A stretch of DNA of 64,000 bases, from positions 6,076,001-6,140,000 of the forward strand of contig NC_043003.1 in assembly GCF_006345805.1 (NCBI RefSeq). Reading direction: 5' to 3'. This document shows, one piece after another, positions 40,881 to 55,000 of this stretch. The DNA is from Octopus sinensis. Lineage: Eukaryota. A program made the translations under genes and the position numbers. Position 1 is the stretch's first letter. Every line of letters starts with the position of its first letter. The notes below the pieces were generated by a model. The model was not told where the DNA came from. It was given only the letters and a program-made list of their open reading frames with translations, and did no database searches.

Positions 40881-41225
40881 TTCTTGACTGCGACCATGCT
40901 GGGGCATCGCTTTGAAAATGTTCAATCTAATGAATCGTTCCTAGTACTTATTTATTAAGCCTGATACTTATGTCGATTTCTTTCCGAACCACTAAGTCAC
41001 GGGGATGCAAACACACCAAAACCGGTTATCAAGCAGTGATGGGGGATAAACACAAAGGCAAAAGTATACTCAAAGATACATATATTTATACGACGGGCTT
41101 CTTTCGGTTTCAGACTATCAAATCGACTCACAAGACTTTAGTCGGAACGAGGCTATAGTAGAAAACACTTGCCCAAGGAATCACGCAATGGGACTGAACC
41201 AGGAATCATGTGGTTGCGAAGCAAG
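40880..41225 (-). mobile_element. SINE family A, diverged
   Basis: GACTGCGACCATGCTGGGGCA...ACGACGGGCTTCTTTC...GACTGAACC match family A. Confidence 0.8.
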
Positions 41226-42215
41226 GCTCATTACATTGTATACGTTACTACCAACTTAACTATTTTCTTTACATCCTGATGGTGTTCCTGAGTTCCTTCA
41301 ATGTAGTTGGCTTAGAGAGTTGGGGGTGAAATGCCTTGTAGTATTTGTCCTGGTTCTTTACACTCTGAGTTCGAATCCCACCAACGTCGACTTTACCGTT
41401 TATCCTTCCAGGGATCAATAAAATCAGATACCAGTCATGTAACGATGTCGATTTAATCCATTAGTCTTTTCTCTCGAATTATATCGTTATAGCAATGTAA
41501 GATATTTGCACATTACGACACCTTATGTCTTAAGTTCAAATAACGACGGAGTCAAATTCACCTCCCATTCTTCAGGTGTCGTCAAAATAAAATACCAGTT
41601 ATTCACTGGGGATGAAACAACCAGCTGGGACACTTTTGTGCATGGTCATTGCCACATAATCAAACGCATAGCCATGTGGCAATGTTTAACCCCACATCTG
41701 CCTCTCTTGCTGTTTATCTCGCTCCTCTGCTTAGTTCAAACGATTGTTCTATCGGAATTTGGAACCCTATCACCGTAAGGGCTTCAACGTACCGAGTCCG
41801 AGCACGAAAGTCCATACAGGAGGATGCAAATCGAACTCAGAACCTCAACACCCGCAATAGATAATACAATGCGACTCATGCAACATTCTAGCAGTTATAG
41901 GAGGATTTCGGGTGGCAGCGGTGGTGGTGGTGGTCATGTGTGATGGCCGAACACCATTCAGTTTGTCTGGACACGTATTTGCTTGACCATAAACTCAGTG
42001 GAATCATCCTTAATTTCTCTTTAGAATGAAATACTTGAGAAACTATTATTTGACTTGGGTGTAAAATTAATGTTGTCAAACCTTAATGCAATAGTCACTT
42101 TTACCACCATCGCGATTATTAACACCCTCATCAACACCCGCTACCACCACCACCAACACCACTTCTAGCATCACCTTTATCGTTAACCACCACCACCACC
42201 ACCACTACCACCAAC

Positions 42216-42610
42216 GTGGAGGCGCAATGACCCAGTGGTTGGGGCAGCGGACTCGCGTTTGGAAGATCGCGGTTTCGATTGCCATACCGGGCGTTGTGTG
42301 TGTTTATTGAGCGAAAACACCTAAAGCTCCATGAGGCTCCGGCAGGGGGGAAGCGACCCCTGTTGTACTCTTTCGCTCCAACTTTCTCTCACTCTTTCTT
42401 CCTGTTTCTTGTCTCCGACTTCCTACGCAACCACTGAGCCTAGATGTGCATTCATCCATCCGTCGATGCTCTCGGTGTCGAGGGTGTACCTGCTTTCTCT
42501 TCTGCGGGTCTTATGAATAGCAAAGAACCAACGTTTCGGACTTCTCCCACTACAGAGGCGCGATCTTGCGAGCTCTGGGACGAAAACCGCTTCGCTCAAC
42601 AAACAAACAA
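42216..42610 (+). mobile_element. tRNA-derived SINE, family B head with an alternative 3' part
   Basis: GTGGAGGCGCAATGACCCAGTGG...GGTTTCGATTGCC. The sequence after about 42420 differs from the other B copies. Confidence 0.8.
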
Positions 42611-42689
42611 ACCACCACCAGCGCATTATCAGCATCAGTGCTGGTACTGCTAGTTCTGCTACAACAAAAATAATAATTCTTTCTGATAT

Positions 42690-43050
42690 AGACACAAGGC
42701 CTGAAAATTAGCAGAGGGATTAACCGATTCCGTCGACCCTAGTACTTAACTGGTACTTATTTTATGGACCCCCGAAGGGTGAAAGACAAATCATTTTGTC
42801 CGGCGCGCTAACAATCCAGCCATTCGCCGCATTAATGATAATAATAATGGTTTCAAACTTTGGTGTAAGGTCAACAATTTCGATAAAGTGGCTAAGTCGA
42901 TTATATCGACCCCAGTCTTCAACTGGTACTTATTTTATCAACCCTGATAGGATGGAAAGCAAAGTTAACCTCGGCAAACTTTGAACTCAGAACGTAAAGA
43001 CGGACGAAATGCTTCTCGACAATTTTTCCGGCGTGTTAACGACTCTACCA
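42690..43050 (-). mobile_element. Diverged SINE D fragments
   Basis: TCGACCC.AGT....AACTGGTACTTATTTTAT.GACCC core occurs twice. Confidence 0.75.
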
Positions 43051-43088
43051 GCACACCGATTATTATTATTATTATTATTATTATTATT

Positions 43089-43748
<660 letters not shown>

Positions 43749-43765
43749 CATTATTATTATTATCC

Positions 43766-43826
<61 letters not shown>

Positions 43827-43937
43827 CTTTGCACAGCTTCTAACGCTGGAGATGTACTATGGTGTCAGCTGTTCACTACCAGTGTACTAAGGTAACACCC
43901 CTTATTTTTCGAGCACCATTCAGAGTATTCGAGCGGT
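43827..43937 (-). mobile_element. Very short R4/Dong 3' end
   Basis: Minus strand encodes TARIL(*/R)MVLEK*, compared with TARILRGVLEA* at 44623-44647. Its 3'UTR ACCTTAGTACACTGGTAGTGAACAGCTGACAC resembles 44664-44695. Confidence 0.75.
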
Positions 43938-43957
43938 TATTATTAAGAATAATAATA

Positions 43958-44737
43958 GACAGAAGCATTCATTTGGGAAGCTCAAAGAGACAGAGGCACT
44001 CATATGCGCAGCTCAGGAACAAGCGTTAAGGACCAACTATATGAAGTGCAGAATGGATAACACGACCGATAGCAACGAATGCAGGTGGGAGGGGTGAAAT
44101 GGTATGGCACATCGTTAGCGAATGCCCGAAAGTGGCACAACGAGAATACAAAAGTCGTCATGATAATATCGCAAGAATAATCCATTGGGAGCTCTGTGCA
44201 AATCACGGCCTATAAAGAGCAAAGACGTGGTATGAGAAAACCTCAAAAGGGGTTACCGAGAATAAAAGTTGCAAAATCCTGTGGGATGCAATGATCCAGT
44301 GCGATCACCCGATCACTCGACCAAACATTGGAAACCGGACATTGTTGTTGGTGAATAAAAAAAAAGAACATGTATGACAATCGACATAGCTTGCCCCGGT
44401 AACAACAAGATCAATGTGAAAGAAGAAAAGATAAACAACTATGACGATTTGAAGTGGGGAAATACGAAGGTTGTGGTCAATGAGGAGAGTAGATGTGGTA
44501 CCAATAATAACTGGTGCACTTGGACATATCAGCACTCAACAACCAACATGACTGAAAATGATTGGTGCAAGTGTGAAGGTAGAACACCTACTAAAATCAG
44601 CATTGCTTGGAACTGCAAGAATTCTTCGTGGGGTTCTTGAAGCTTGACCAGTAAACAAGTATCACCTTAGTCTGCTGGCTGTGGACAGCCGACACTTTCC
44701 ATTATACCCAAGAAAATAAACTGTGAGCTTTCCTCTT
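43958..44737 (+). mobile_element. R4/Dong-type retrotransposon 3' fragment (CCHC knuckle plus RLE domain)
   Basis: ETEALICAAQEQALRTNY, HIVSECPK.AQREYKSRHDNIARIIHWELC, KILWD, KPDIVV..IDIACPG, LGTARILRGVLEA*. Followed by (TAA)n. Confidence 0.9.
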
Positions 44738-44745
44738 ATAATAAT

Positions 44746-44812
<67 letters not shown>

Positions 44813-44815
<3 letters not shown>

Positions 44816-45335
44816 GCTTCTGATCTTAACTGATTGGAAGTGTTATCATGTACATTGTTTTGTCTTGGTATAAAAGATGGGCTACAGCAAATATTCTGCT
44901 CAATACCACAGATTTGCTTGTCAGTTGTTTGACTTTAACCAGTTGAGCATGTCCCTTAGTGGCTGACGATATGTGCATCTCTGATCATGAGCAGAAGTAG
45001 TGGGGGAGCATCATAGCCATGTGTTGAAGGGATTCTTTGGAGTTTGAATAATTCACCACTGGAAACATGGGTGGTTCTTTCAACATCCTTAAACAACCCT
45101 TATTCAGGGACCTTTTAAGCGGGATGGGCTACTCAATCTGAAGAAAACTCTAACTGGGCCCCACATGCAAGGTCATGTGCTGTTTATCTTTTTATGAAAT
45201 CACCATGTCGCGCACATATGGTTGTGATGCATGTGCCTGGTGTACCCTTATCAGACGGGCAGTCATGATGGGTATATTGGGCTTCGTATATTTTACCCCA
45301 GTGTCACTTTGATGGCATGAACTGCTCTCTCACTC
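44813..45335 (+). mobile_element. Family C element, 5'-truncated by about 30 nt
   Basis: Homologous to 52768-53322; (AAT)n flanks. Confidence 0.9.
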
Positions 45336-45353
45336 AATAATGATAATAATAAT

Positions 45354-45776
45354 CAGGTGCTGGAGCATAACAGACCGGACCTAGTGGTGGTGGCCATGGT
45401 GCACCACATATGCTATATAGTTGATGTTGCATGCCCCTTTGACCCACGAATAGGTAGGCGAAAAGATAGACAGATACAACCCTCTTAAGTACGAAATAGC
45501 TGGGCTATGGAAAATAAAGAAGGTGAAGATAGTGCCAATTATTGTTGGGTCCTTGGGGACTGTATCAGAAGGCATCAAGGGGAATATAAAAGAAATTTTA
45601 TATAAGAGTGTCCATTAGAATTGTCACAAAAGGCTTGCCTCCTTGGCAATAATCAGGAAAGTATTAGGTAGTTGAAAAGAGCAAACAGCATGGTACCGAA
45701 GACTGCGGGTAGCAAGCCTGCTACGCATGCAAGATTCCAAGAGCTCCAACAAAATCTATAATAAAGAGAAAAAAAT
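45354..45776 (+). mobile_element. Second R4/Dong-type RLE 3' fragment
   Basis: EHNRPDLVVV..CYIVDVACPFD..KIDRYNPLKYEIAGLWKIKKVKIVPIIVGSLG; (AAT)n flanks. Confidence 0.88.
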
Positions 45777-45792
45777 TAATATAATAATAATA

Positions 45793-45827
<35 letters not shown>

Positions 45828-45830
<3 letters not shown>

Positions 45831-46791
45831 GCTTCTGATCTTAACTGATTGGAAGTGTTATCATGTACATTGTTTTGTCTTGGTATAAAAGATGGGCTAC
45901 AGCAAATATTCTGCTCAATACCACAGATTTGCTTGTCAGTTGTTTGACTTTAACCAGTTGAGCATGTCCCTTAGTGGCTGACGATATGTGCATCTCTGAT
46001 CATGAGCAGAAGTAGTGGGGGAGCATCATAGCCATGTGTTGAAGGGATTCTTTGGAGTTTGAATAATTCACCACTGGAAACATGGGTGGTTCTTTCAACA
46101 TCCTTAAACAACCCTTATTCAGGGACCTTTTAAGCGGGATGGGCTACTCAATCTGAAGAAAACTCTAACTGGGCCCCACATGCAAGGTCATGTGCTGTTT
46201 ATCTTTTTATGAAATCACCATGTCGCGCACATATGGTTGTGATGCATGTGCCTGGTGTACCCTTATCAGACGGGCAGTCATGATGGGTATATTGGGCTTC
46301 GTATATTTTACCCCAGTGTCACTTTGATGGCATGAACTGCTCTCTCACTCAATAATGATAATAATAATCAGGTGCTGGAGCATAACAGACCGGACCTAGT
46401 GGTGGTGGCCATGGTGCACCACATATGCTATATAGTTGATGTTGCATGCCCCTTTGACCCACGAATAGGTAGGCGAAAAGATAGACAGATACAACCCTCT
46501 TAAGTACGAAATAGCTGGGCTATGGAAAATAAAGAAGGTGAAGATAGTGCCAATTATTGTTGGGTCCTTGGGGACTGTATCAGAAGGCATCAAGGGGAAT
46601 ATAAAAGAAATTTTATATAAGAGTGTCCATTAGAATTGTCACAAAAGGCTTGCCTCCTTGGCAATAATCAGGAAAGTATTAGGTAGTTGAAAAGAGCAAA
46701 CAGCATGGTACCGAAGACTGCGGGTAGCAAGCCTGCTACGCATGCAAGATTCCAAGAGCTCCAACAAAATCTATAATAAAGAGAAAAAAAT
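45828..46791 (+). repeat. Tandem duplicate (period 1015 bp) of 44813-45776
   Basis: Family C element plus RLE fragment repeated essentially identically. ORFs 45381 and 46396 are identical and 1015 apart. Confidence 0.95.
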
Positions 46792-46824
46792 TAATAATAA
46801 TAATAAATAATAATAATAATATTA

Positions 46825-47410
46825 GAAAGACCAAAACAATAAAGTTTGCTTGAAAGACCAAAACAATAAAGTTTGCTTGAAAGACCAAAACAATAAAGTT
46901 TGCTCGAACCATCAAGGCCAATAAACCAGATATTGTTGTGAAAGACCAAAACAATAAAGTTTGCTTATTGATCGACATGAGCATCCCCTGTGATCATAAT
47001 ATCTCAGCGAAAGAGTTTGACAAGCTCAGAAAATATAAAGACCTACTCATTGAAATTGAGAAAATGTGGCATCTCAAGGCGGTCACAATACCAGTGATCG
47101 TAGGAGCACTAGGAATGATCAAGAAGGGAACCGAAAATTATATGAAAATGATCCCTGGCTCACCATCCCTGCAAGAAGTGCAAAAGATTGTCTTAACTGG
47201 TACATCACATGTATTGAGAAGAGCATTGTCGATGTGAGAACTGTTGCTGCTCATGTATTTTAATTTAACTTAAAAAAATTTTTTTTTAAATGAACGAACT
47301 ATTGAGTTTGGTTTAATGGCCTACCAATGTATACTATGAGTTTCTTTGCCCTAGGAGTCGGGAAGACACTCGGCAAGAAATGGAAGCAAATTTGAAAGAA
47401 GAAAAAAAAA
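46825..47410 (+). mobile_element. Third R4/Dong-type RLE 3' fragment, reading frame intact
   Basis: RTIKANKPDIVVKDQNNKVCLLIDMSIPCDHNISAKEFDKLRKYKDLLIEIEKMW..IPVIVGALG..LTGTSHVLRRALSM*. PD..D..K..KY catalytic pattern; (TAA)n flanks. Confidence 0.92.
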
Positions 47411-47422
47411 GTAATGATAATG

Positions 47423-47499
<77 letters not shown>

Positions 47500-48755
47500 T
47501 TAATAATAACAGCAACAACCATTTTGCTCTACCCCAAAAAAACTACATAAAATAAACAGGAACTAATGCAGCATTGAGAGCAAATAAATTAGAAGAATTA
47601 TGGTGAAGAATATGAACAGCGAAGGTGAGAAGGGTCAGAATAATAAGTGCCAAAGAAGTAATTTACCTGAACAAATGTGGGAAGCCAAAATAGTAAACAC
47701 AGTGGCAGCAAGAAAAAAGAAACAAAGAAAGGGATAAGCATAAGATTCCGAGTTTCTGATGCTGATCTAGTATATATAAATCACAGTATGTGTGTGGTTA
47801 TAATGACTAACGCATGCATTTCCACAATTCTCAACCGAATTCTTACCAAACTTTACACTCCCAAGGATGGTCATCCATTAAACATTTTGCCCGGAGCTCC
47901 CATGTAAACGGACCTAAATGGACAGTTTTTTTTTATGTAGGATCTTCCACACTTTTTGAATTTCTTTTATAAAAGTGAAAGGATTTTGTCTTTATTTCAA
48001 CTGTCCACCGGCGACGGTAATTAAATTGACTAGGAACAGCGTATGCAATGATTATCCAATACCAAACAAACTTAATCTCCGTATTTAAACTTGCATTAAA
48101 CTTTGGCAAGCTTACCTTTACCTATTCTGAGTTACTTGAAAGGCGATGTTCCCTTCCCTCTCTTGTATTTTTTGATACCTTTATTTACCTACCAATGTTT
48201 ATTTACCCATCCATTATGATATTTCGACTGTTGTTCATTGTTTCAAATACATTTTAGCATTGTCGTTCTATCCTTTATTAAACAATCGCATTTGATTCGT
48301 CCCTAAGAATTAACCTTTAAATAAGAGTTTTGCTTCCACTAGCGAAAGCTATACGTATCTTTCAGAAAGCTCCATACTAATTTAACTTTATGCAGCATTC
48401 GCTCTTAGTTTATGCGCAGGCTATGCGGGAAGACAGAATCGCCGAAAAAATAGCTCCCTTTGCTGTTGAAAAAAATTAAATCTCAAAGGGGAATTTTCAA
48501 CGCCTTCCTTCAGTCTCATTACACCATTTATGTGGATGCTTCTGCCAAGAAATTTCACTTTCATGTAAAACAACTAGATTTTGTAGTTATTATCCGTAAT
48601 CTACTCCCAAAACACTTCAGTAGCTCTACTTTACATCATTAAAATGCAACGACCTAACACATTAACCAGGCTTCAATTTGATATTTCGTTCCTAAGTTAA
48701 TCGGAATTAAAGATTGCAGTGCTACTCATAAACCTGCTCGGTAGTTCAATTATTT

Positions 48756-49145
48756 GGTGGCTGTGTGGTAAGTAGCTTGCTAACCAGCCACATGGTTCCG
48801 GGTTCAGTTCCACTGCGTGGCATCTTGGGCAGGTGTCTTCTGCTATAGCCCCGGGCCGACCAATGCCTTGTGAGTGGATTTGGTAGACGGAAACTGAGAG
48901 AAGCCTGTCGTATATATGTATATATGTGTGTGTGTGTGTATGTGTTTGTCTCCCTAGAATTGCTTGACAACCGATGCTGGTGTGTTTACGTCCCCGTCAC
49001 TTAGCGGTTCGGCAAAGGAGACCGATAGAATAAGTAGTGGGCTTACAAAAAATAAGTCCCAGGGTCGATTTGCTCGACTAAAAGCGGTGCTCCAGCATGG
49101 CCGCAGTCAAATGACTGAAACAAGTAGAAGAGTAGAAGAGTAAAG
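48756..49145 (+). mobile_element. tRNA-derived SINE, family A
   Basis: A-box TGGCTGTGTGG, B-box GGTTCAGTTCC, tail AAACAAGTAGAAGAG. Confidence 0.92.
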
Positions 49146-50689
49146 CAACTTAAGCCGTCCAAAAGACGGGTGCGTTTGCTAGTTTTTAATAATATTCTGT
49201 AGGAAGTTGAGACAATATATACAAATTCTGTGAAGGGTAAATTTAGCTTCATTTCCAACGCAAACCAAACAGTAAGACCTAAAATCTACTGGTACAAAAT
49301 CTGACTTGCAACAGCTGACAAATAAACAGCTGGACCTCGCTATGTTGCATGTGATAAAAACCTAGGATAGTCGTATTTATGATAGAGAATACTAACCTGA
49401 GGGGGTTACCCATCGCCATAGCGTTGATTGTCGTGGTTATTCCCTGTTTATATATTTACTGGTCTCTTCTTGTAAGTCTTAAGTGAATGGAATGTTTTGC
49501 TGAAGAGGTGAAATAAGAGCGAAGCATTCACTTCCTTCCTCGGTTAGCATTAAAGACAACATCCATTACCATCTATATTGCTGTTATTTTTTTTAAAAAT
49601 TTGGGTTTAAAAAACCATATTGGGTTTATCATTTCTGTTTCTATCTTTAGAATTTTTAAACATAAAAGAAATGGAGATTTCATCAACTAATTGCATGGAT
49701 AATATCAATTAAAACAAAAAATCAAGTCCCAATATGATATATATGGAATTCTGCTCGCTTCCTCTCCCCCTCTCTCTCACAAACACACACTCTCTTTCTC
49801 TCTCTCTCTCTCACTCTCTCTTTCTCTCCCTCTTTCCCTCTCTCTTTCTCTCTCTTTTCCTCTCTCTCTCTCACTCTCTCTTTCTCTCTCTCTTTCTCTC
49901 TCTCTCTCCTCTCTATCTCTTTTCTCTATCTCTCACTCTCTGCTATAAATACGTCTGTGTATATGCGTATGTTTTATATATATATATATGCAAATATAAT
50001 ATATATACATATATATGTACGTATATATGCGTGCATGCATGTTTGTATGGATGTACGTATATGTGTCAGTGTGTGCTTGTGTGCGCATGCATTTATGTAT
50101 TCCTTGAACGCATTGAATTATCAACAGTGATCGAATAAATATATTCAACCACATAATATATATATATATATATAATATAAATTGCATACATACATACATA
50201 CATACTCACACACATATATACATACATACACGCACACTCAAATATACTTATAGAAACATACACATTGCCACTTCCACGTGTTCCCGTCTCCACCAAAGTT
50301 GAGCCGTGAGTTTTCCAGTGGATTGGTTAGCACGCGCGCGTGTGTATAGATGCGAAATCTTTAGCACCGAGAGAGAAGGAAAGAGGGCCAATTGATGCAG
50401 TAAATTCCAAGAAGTTCTGAGCGTGGTTCGTTAAAATTTTGCCGTTAGCTCTTGTTATTCACGACCGTTCTCTGACACGAACCAAATAAGCTGACTTCTG
50501 CGAGAGGGGAATTGGTAGAAAACAGGCATGAGTCACTGTTGTCATTGTTACTTCCATTCTGGGGCAGCAGTGGCAGGTAATTCACTTCCTACTGTAGCTC
50601 TTGAATTCTTTTGATGAGTGTGCTGTTGTGGCTTTTGTTATTCTAAATACAGATGGAGTGATTATTAGAAAGAAATGGATAAACATAGA

Positions 50690-51180
<491 letters not shown>

Positions 51181-51223
51181 GGTGGATGGTTAGTTAGAAA
51201 CGAAGAAGTAGCTACCTATTTCG

Positions 51224-51258
<35 letters not shown>

Positions 51259-51544
51259 CCATACACATGTACATAAACACAAATATTCATATATACATAC
51301 GCAACGCACACATATGTACATAGATACCCTTACACATACGTATGGGTGTGAGTGCATGCGAGTGTGTGCGCGCGTGCGCGTGGGTCTGTATGTATATAAA
51401 GCTAGTCTTTATAAAATGATATTCATGCGATTATTCAGGAAGAAAAGATTCAATCCAGGGGCGAATTGAAATGCTTTATTAAAGTCAGACAGAAATACCG
51501 ACTGATTGTAACTTCGAAGTTTCATTAAGTATGTCATTAATTGA

Positions 51545-51760
51545 TATTGGTTTCAAATTTTCGCGCAAGGCGGGCAATTTCGAAGGCGGGAATGAGTCAG
51601 TTACATCGTGCACAGTGATCAATTGGTATTTATGTTATCGATCTCGAAAGGATGAAATGCAAAGTCGACCACGGCAGAATTTGAACTCGGAACATAAATA
51701 CAGACGAGATCCCGCTAAGCAACTTGTCCGACGCGGTAACGACTCGGTCAGTTTCGCCCT
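51545..51760 (-). mobile_element. Diverged SINE D
   Basis: GAAAGGATGAAATGCAAAGTCGACCACGGCAGAATTTGAACTCGGAA core. Confidence 0.75.
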
Positions 51761-51880
51761 CTTAACGTTACTATTGATTAGTACTAAACAAAACATGCTG
51801 ACCATTTACCAATCGAGTTATTATAACTTAACACTGCCCCTTATTTAATCCCTCCCCAACCTTTGTCTTTTATTAACACA

Positions 51881-52051
51881 GGCGCAGGAGTGGCTGTGTG
51901 GTAAGTAGCTTGCTAACCAACCACATGGTTCCGGGTTCAGTCCCACTGCGTGGCACCTTGGGCAAGTGTCTTCTGCTATAGCCCCGGGCCTTGTGAGTGA
52001 ATTTGGTAGACGGAAACTGAAAGAAGCCTGTCGTATATATGTATATATATA

Positions 52052-52097
<46 letters not shown>

Positions 52098-52297
52098 TCC
52101 CCCTAGCATTGCTTGACAACCGATACTGGTGTGTTTACGTCACCGTCACATAGCGGTTCGGCAAAAAAAATCGATAGAATAAGTACTGGGCTTACAAAGA
52201 ATAAGTCCCGGGGTCGATTTTCTCAACTAAAGGCGGTGCCCCAGCATGGCCGCAGTCAAATGACTGAAACAAGTAAAAGAGTAAAGAGTAAAAGAGT
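51881..52297 (+). mobile_element. tRNA-derived SINE, family A, full length
   Basis: GGCGCAGGAGTGGCTGTGTGG head, B-box GGTTCAGTCCC, (GTAAAAGA)-type tail. Confidence 0.93.
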
Positions 52298-52677
52298 ATT
52301 GTTAACGATAATTGCAATCTGTTATATTATTACCACGGTTGCTTCTAGTTGACTCATCATTTCTAAATAACTGATTCTAAAGATACTTTGAATAAGATGA
52401 ACAAAATAACTTTTACTTATTTCAATGCAGAGAGAGAGTTGAATATTTTAACACCTGCATATCTTAAAATAACTTTTATCTCTTACGCAGGGTTGTGTCA
52501 TATCAGTTGATGCAAGGTGTACAAACTGACGTTTTTGTTACCTGCAGCGAACTTGGTAGATGTTGAGACAATGACAATGTTTCATTAAATAACATAAAAC
52601 AAAAGTTAAATAGTAAAAATTTAAACAAAAGTTTGCGGAAGTGAACACATTGGAAAATAACCGAGAATAATAATAAT

Positions 52678-52767
<90 letters not shown>

Positions 52768-52768
<1 letters not shown>

Positions 52769-53322
52769 GCCCTGATGCAGTATCAGGCAGTGGCTCTCAT
52801 GGCTTCTGATCTTAACTGATTGGAAGTGTTATCATGTACATTGTTTTGTCTTGGTATAAAAGATGGGCTACAGCAAATATTCTGCTCAATACCACAGATT
52901 TGCTTGTCAGTTGTTTGGCCTTAACCAGTTGAGCATGTCCCTTAGTGGCTGACGATATGTGCATCTCTGATCACGAGCAGAAGTAGTGGGGGAGCATCAT
53001 GGCCATGTGTTGAGAGGGATTCTTTGGGGTTTGAATAATTCACCTCTGGAAACATAGGTGTTTCGTTCAACATCCTAAAGCAACTCTTATTCAGGGACCT
53101 TTTGAGCAGGATGGGCTACTCAACCTGAAGAAAATTCTAACTGGGCCCCACCTGCAAGGTTATGCGCTGTTTATCTTGATATGAGATCACCATGTCGCGC
53201 ACATATGGTTGTGATGCATGTGCCTGGTGTACCTTTATCAGACGGGTAGTCATGATGGGTATATTGGGCTTCGTATATTTTACCCCAGTGTCACTTTGAT
53301 GGCATGAACTGCTCTCTCACTC
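52768..53322 (+). mobile_element. Family C element, full length, inside (AAT)n
   Basis: TGCCCTGATGCAGTATCAGGCA...GAACTGCTCTCTCACTC between long AAT arrays. Confidence 0.9.
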
Positions 53323-53363
<41 letters not shown>

Positions 53364-53450
53364 CAATAATAATAATAATAACAATAATAATAATAATAAT
53401 AATAACAATAATAATAATTACATATATATATATAATATTAATATGATATA

Positions 53451-53511
<61 letters not shown>

Positions 53512-55000
53512 TATGATAATAATCATGTTTATGTAAAGTAAATTTAAGTAAACTAGAAATTTAAAAAAACAAACCGAATGTATAAGGTGTCTAACCTTGT
53601 ATCATGTTGTTGAATTTTTATTGGGTATGAGAGTATGTAATCTGCTCGATTAGAACTGATAAAACATAGAGCGAGTCGTAATAAAGCTTGAGATGAGAGA
53701 CGGATTTAATTATACTTAATAAATTGATATCTTAATAGGAAATTGTTGGTTGCATATTTAATAATTAAATAACAATGATAAATGGAATGAAAATAATTAA
53801 ATCTAATTTTAAACAATTACATAAATATATTAAAGCGAAAAGTCTTCTAGAATCCAAGAACCGGAGTTTATTAGTCGCTATCGAACATATTCTTCAATCA
53901 ATATATCATGACAATGTAGGTAGGAGAGATATAACAACGGAGTCAATAATCGTTTAGTGAAAGCAGACTGTTGTACTCAGTAACACTGATCACCATGGTG
54001 GAAGTATATTCTTCGTAAGAAATAATAAGATATAAAGCGTTAGAACAAATCAAATAACGTAGCCAAAGGTGTGGATGTGTGATCAAATTGTTGCCAATTT
54101 GGAAATAGAACAGGTTGCAAGTGTTTTCAATGTCCTAAAAAATTTGTATCTGCATCTTGAGACTAACTTTTAATGTCAATTAAGTCGGAGGCTGGAAAAT
54201 TAAATTTCAAATGTTTCTGAATCACAGAGATGACAACGCTCTTACTTGTTAGCGTGTGTTTGTGACGTATAGAATCTTCCATTTTATACTAAAAGACCTG
54301 ATCTTCCAGTTCCAAATATGACACGTCAGCCTCATGCATGAAATTTGAATAGCAAGCTATCAGATTTTCTGCAGTAGTTTTTTAAAAGTGTATACTGATC
54401 AAATAATATTTTGTATATGAAGTGGTTAGTTTTGAATATTCAGCAATTAAATTTATAATTAAGGTGGAGTTAGTGTTGACCATTGCACATTAAAATAATT
54501 ATTTAGTCATAAATTTTCCTTCGTGTAGTCAACTGCTGGAGCCGATATAATAACAGTTGTTGACTAACTAACTTCTTTAACATACAGATGTGAGTTCGCT
54601 AAAGATTGTGAAAAATTGCGAGTGGTGGAAGGTATATAAATCTTGTGATATTTATAGTTTGGAGTGAAATGTTTCCAGAGTTTGAAAAATGCTTTGCTAC
54701 TGGTGACAATATTTTAAAGCAATATGGTGGATTATATCAAAACGCCTGGTTATGTTTAATAGTTCTCATATTAAAGTTTTTGGTTTTATTTTACTTATCT
54801 GTAAACCATTTTTGCTGAACATTTCATGGTAGTGGTTGGCTATCTTGCTGAAAACCTGCTCGTTCCAATTTAAAGTAGATAGACTTAAGACTAATTTTTT
54901 TTTATATTGAATTGTTAATAACATTACTAGGATGATGGTATAGTTTGTGAATACATTGAAGTTTTATATTGTCGATGTTTAGTATATTGACAGTTGTGAA

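Noticed and set aside
46825-46966. 27-bp repeats as a CRISPR-like array
   Set aside because: The units are directly adjacent without unique spacers, derive from the RLE coding sequence, and the context is eukaryotic.
52491-52560. Strong plus-strand acceptor TTTTATCTCTTACGCAG|
   Set aside because: All three frames stop within 26 codons and only weak donors follow.
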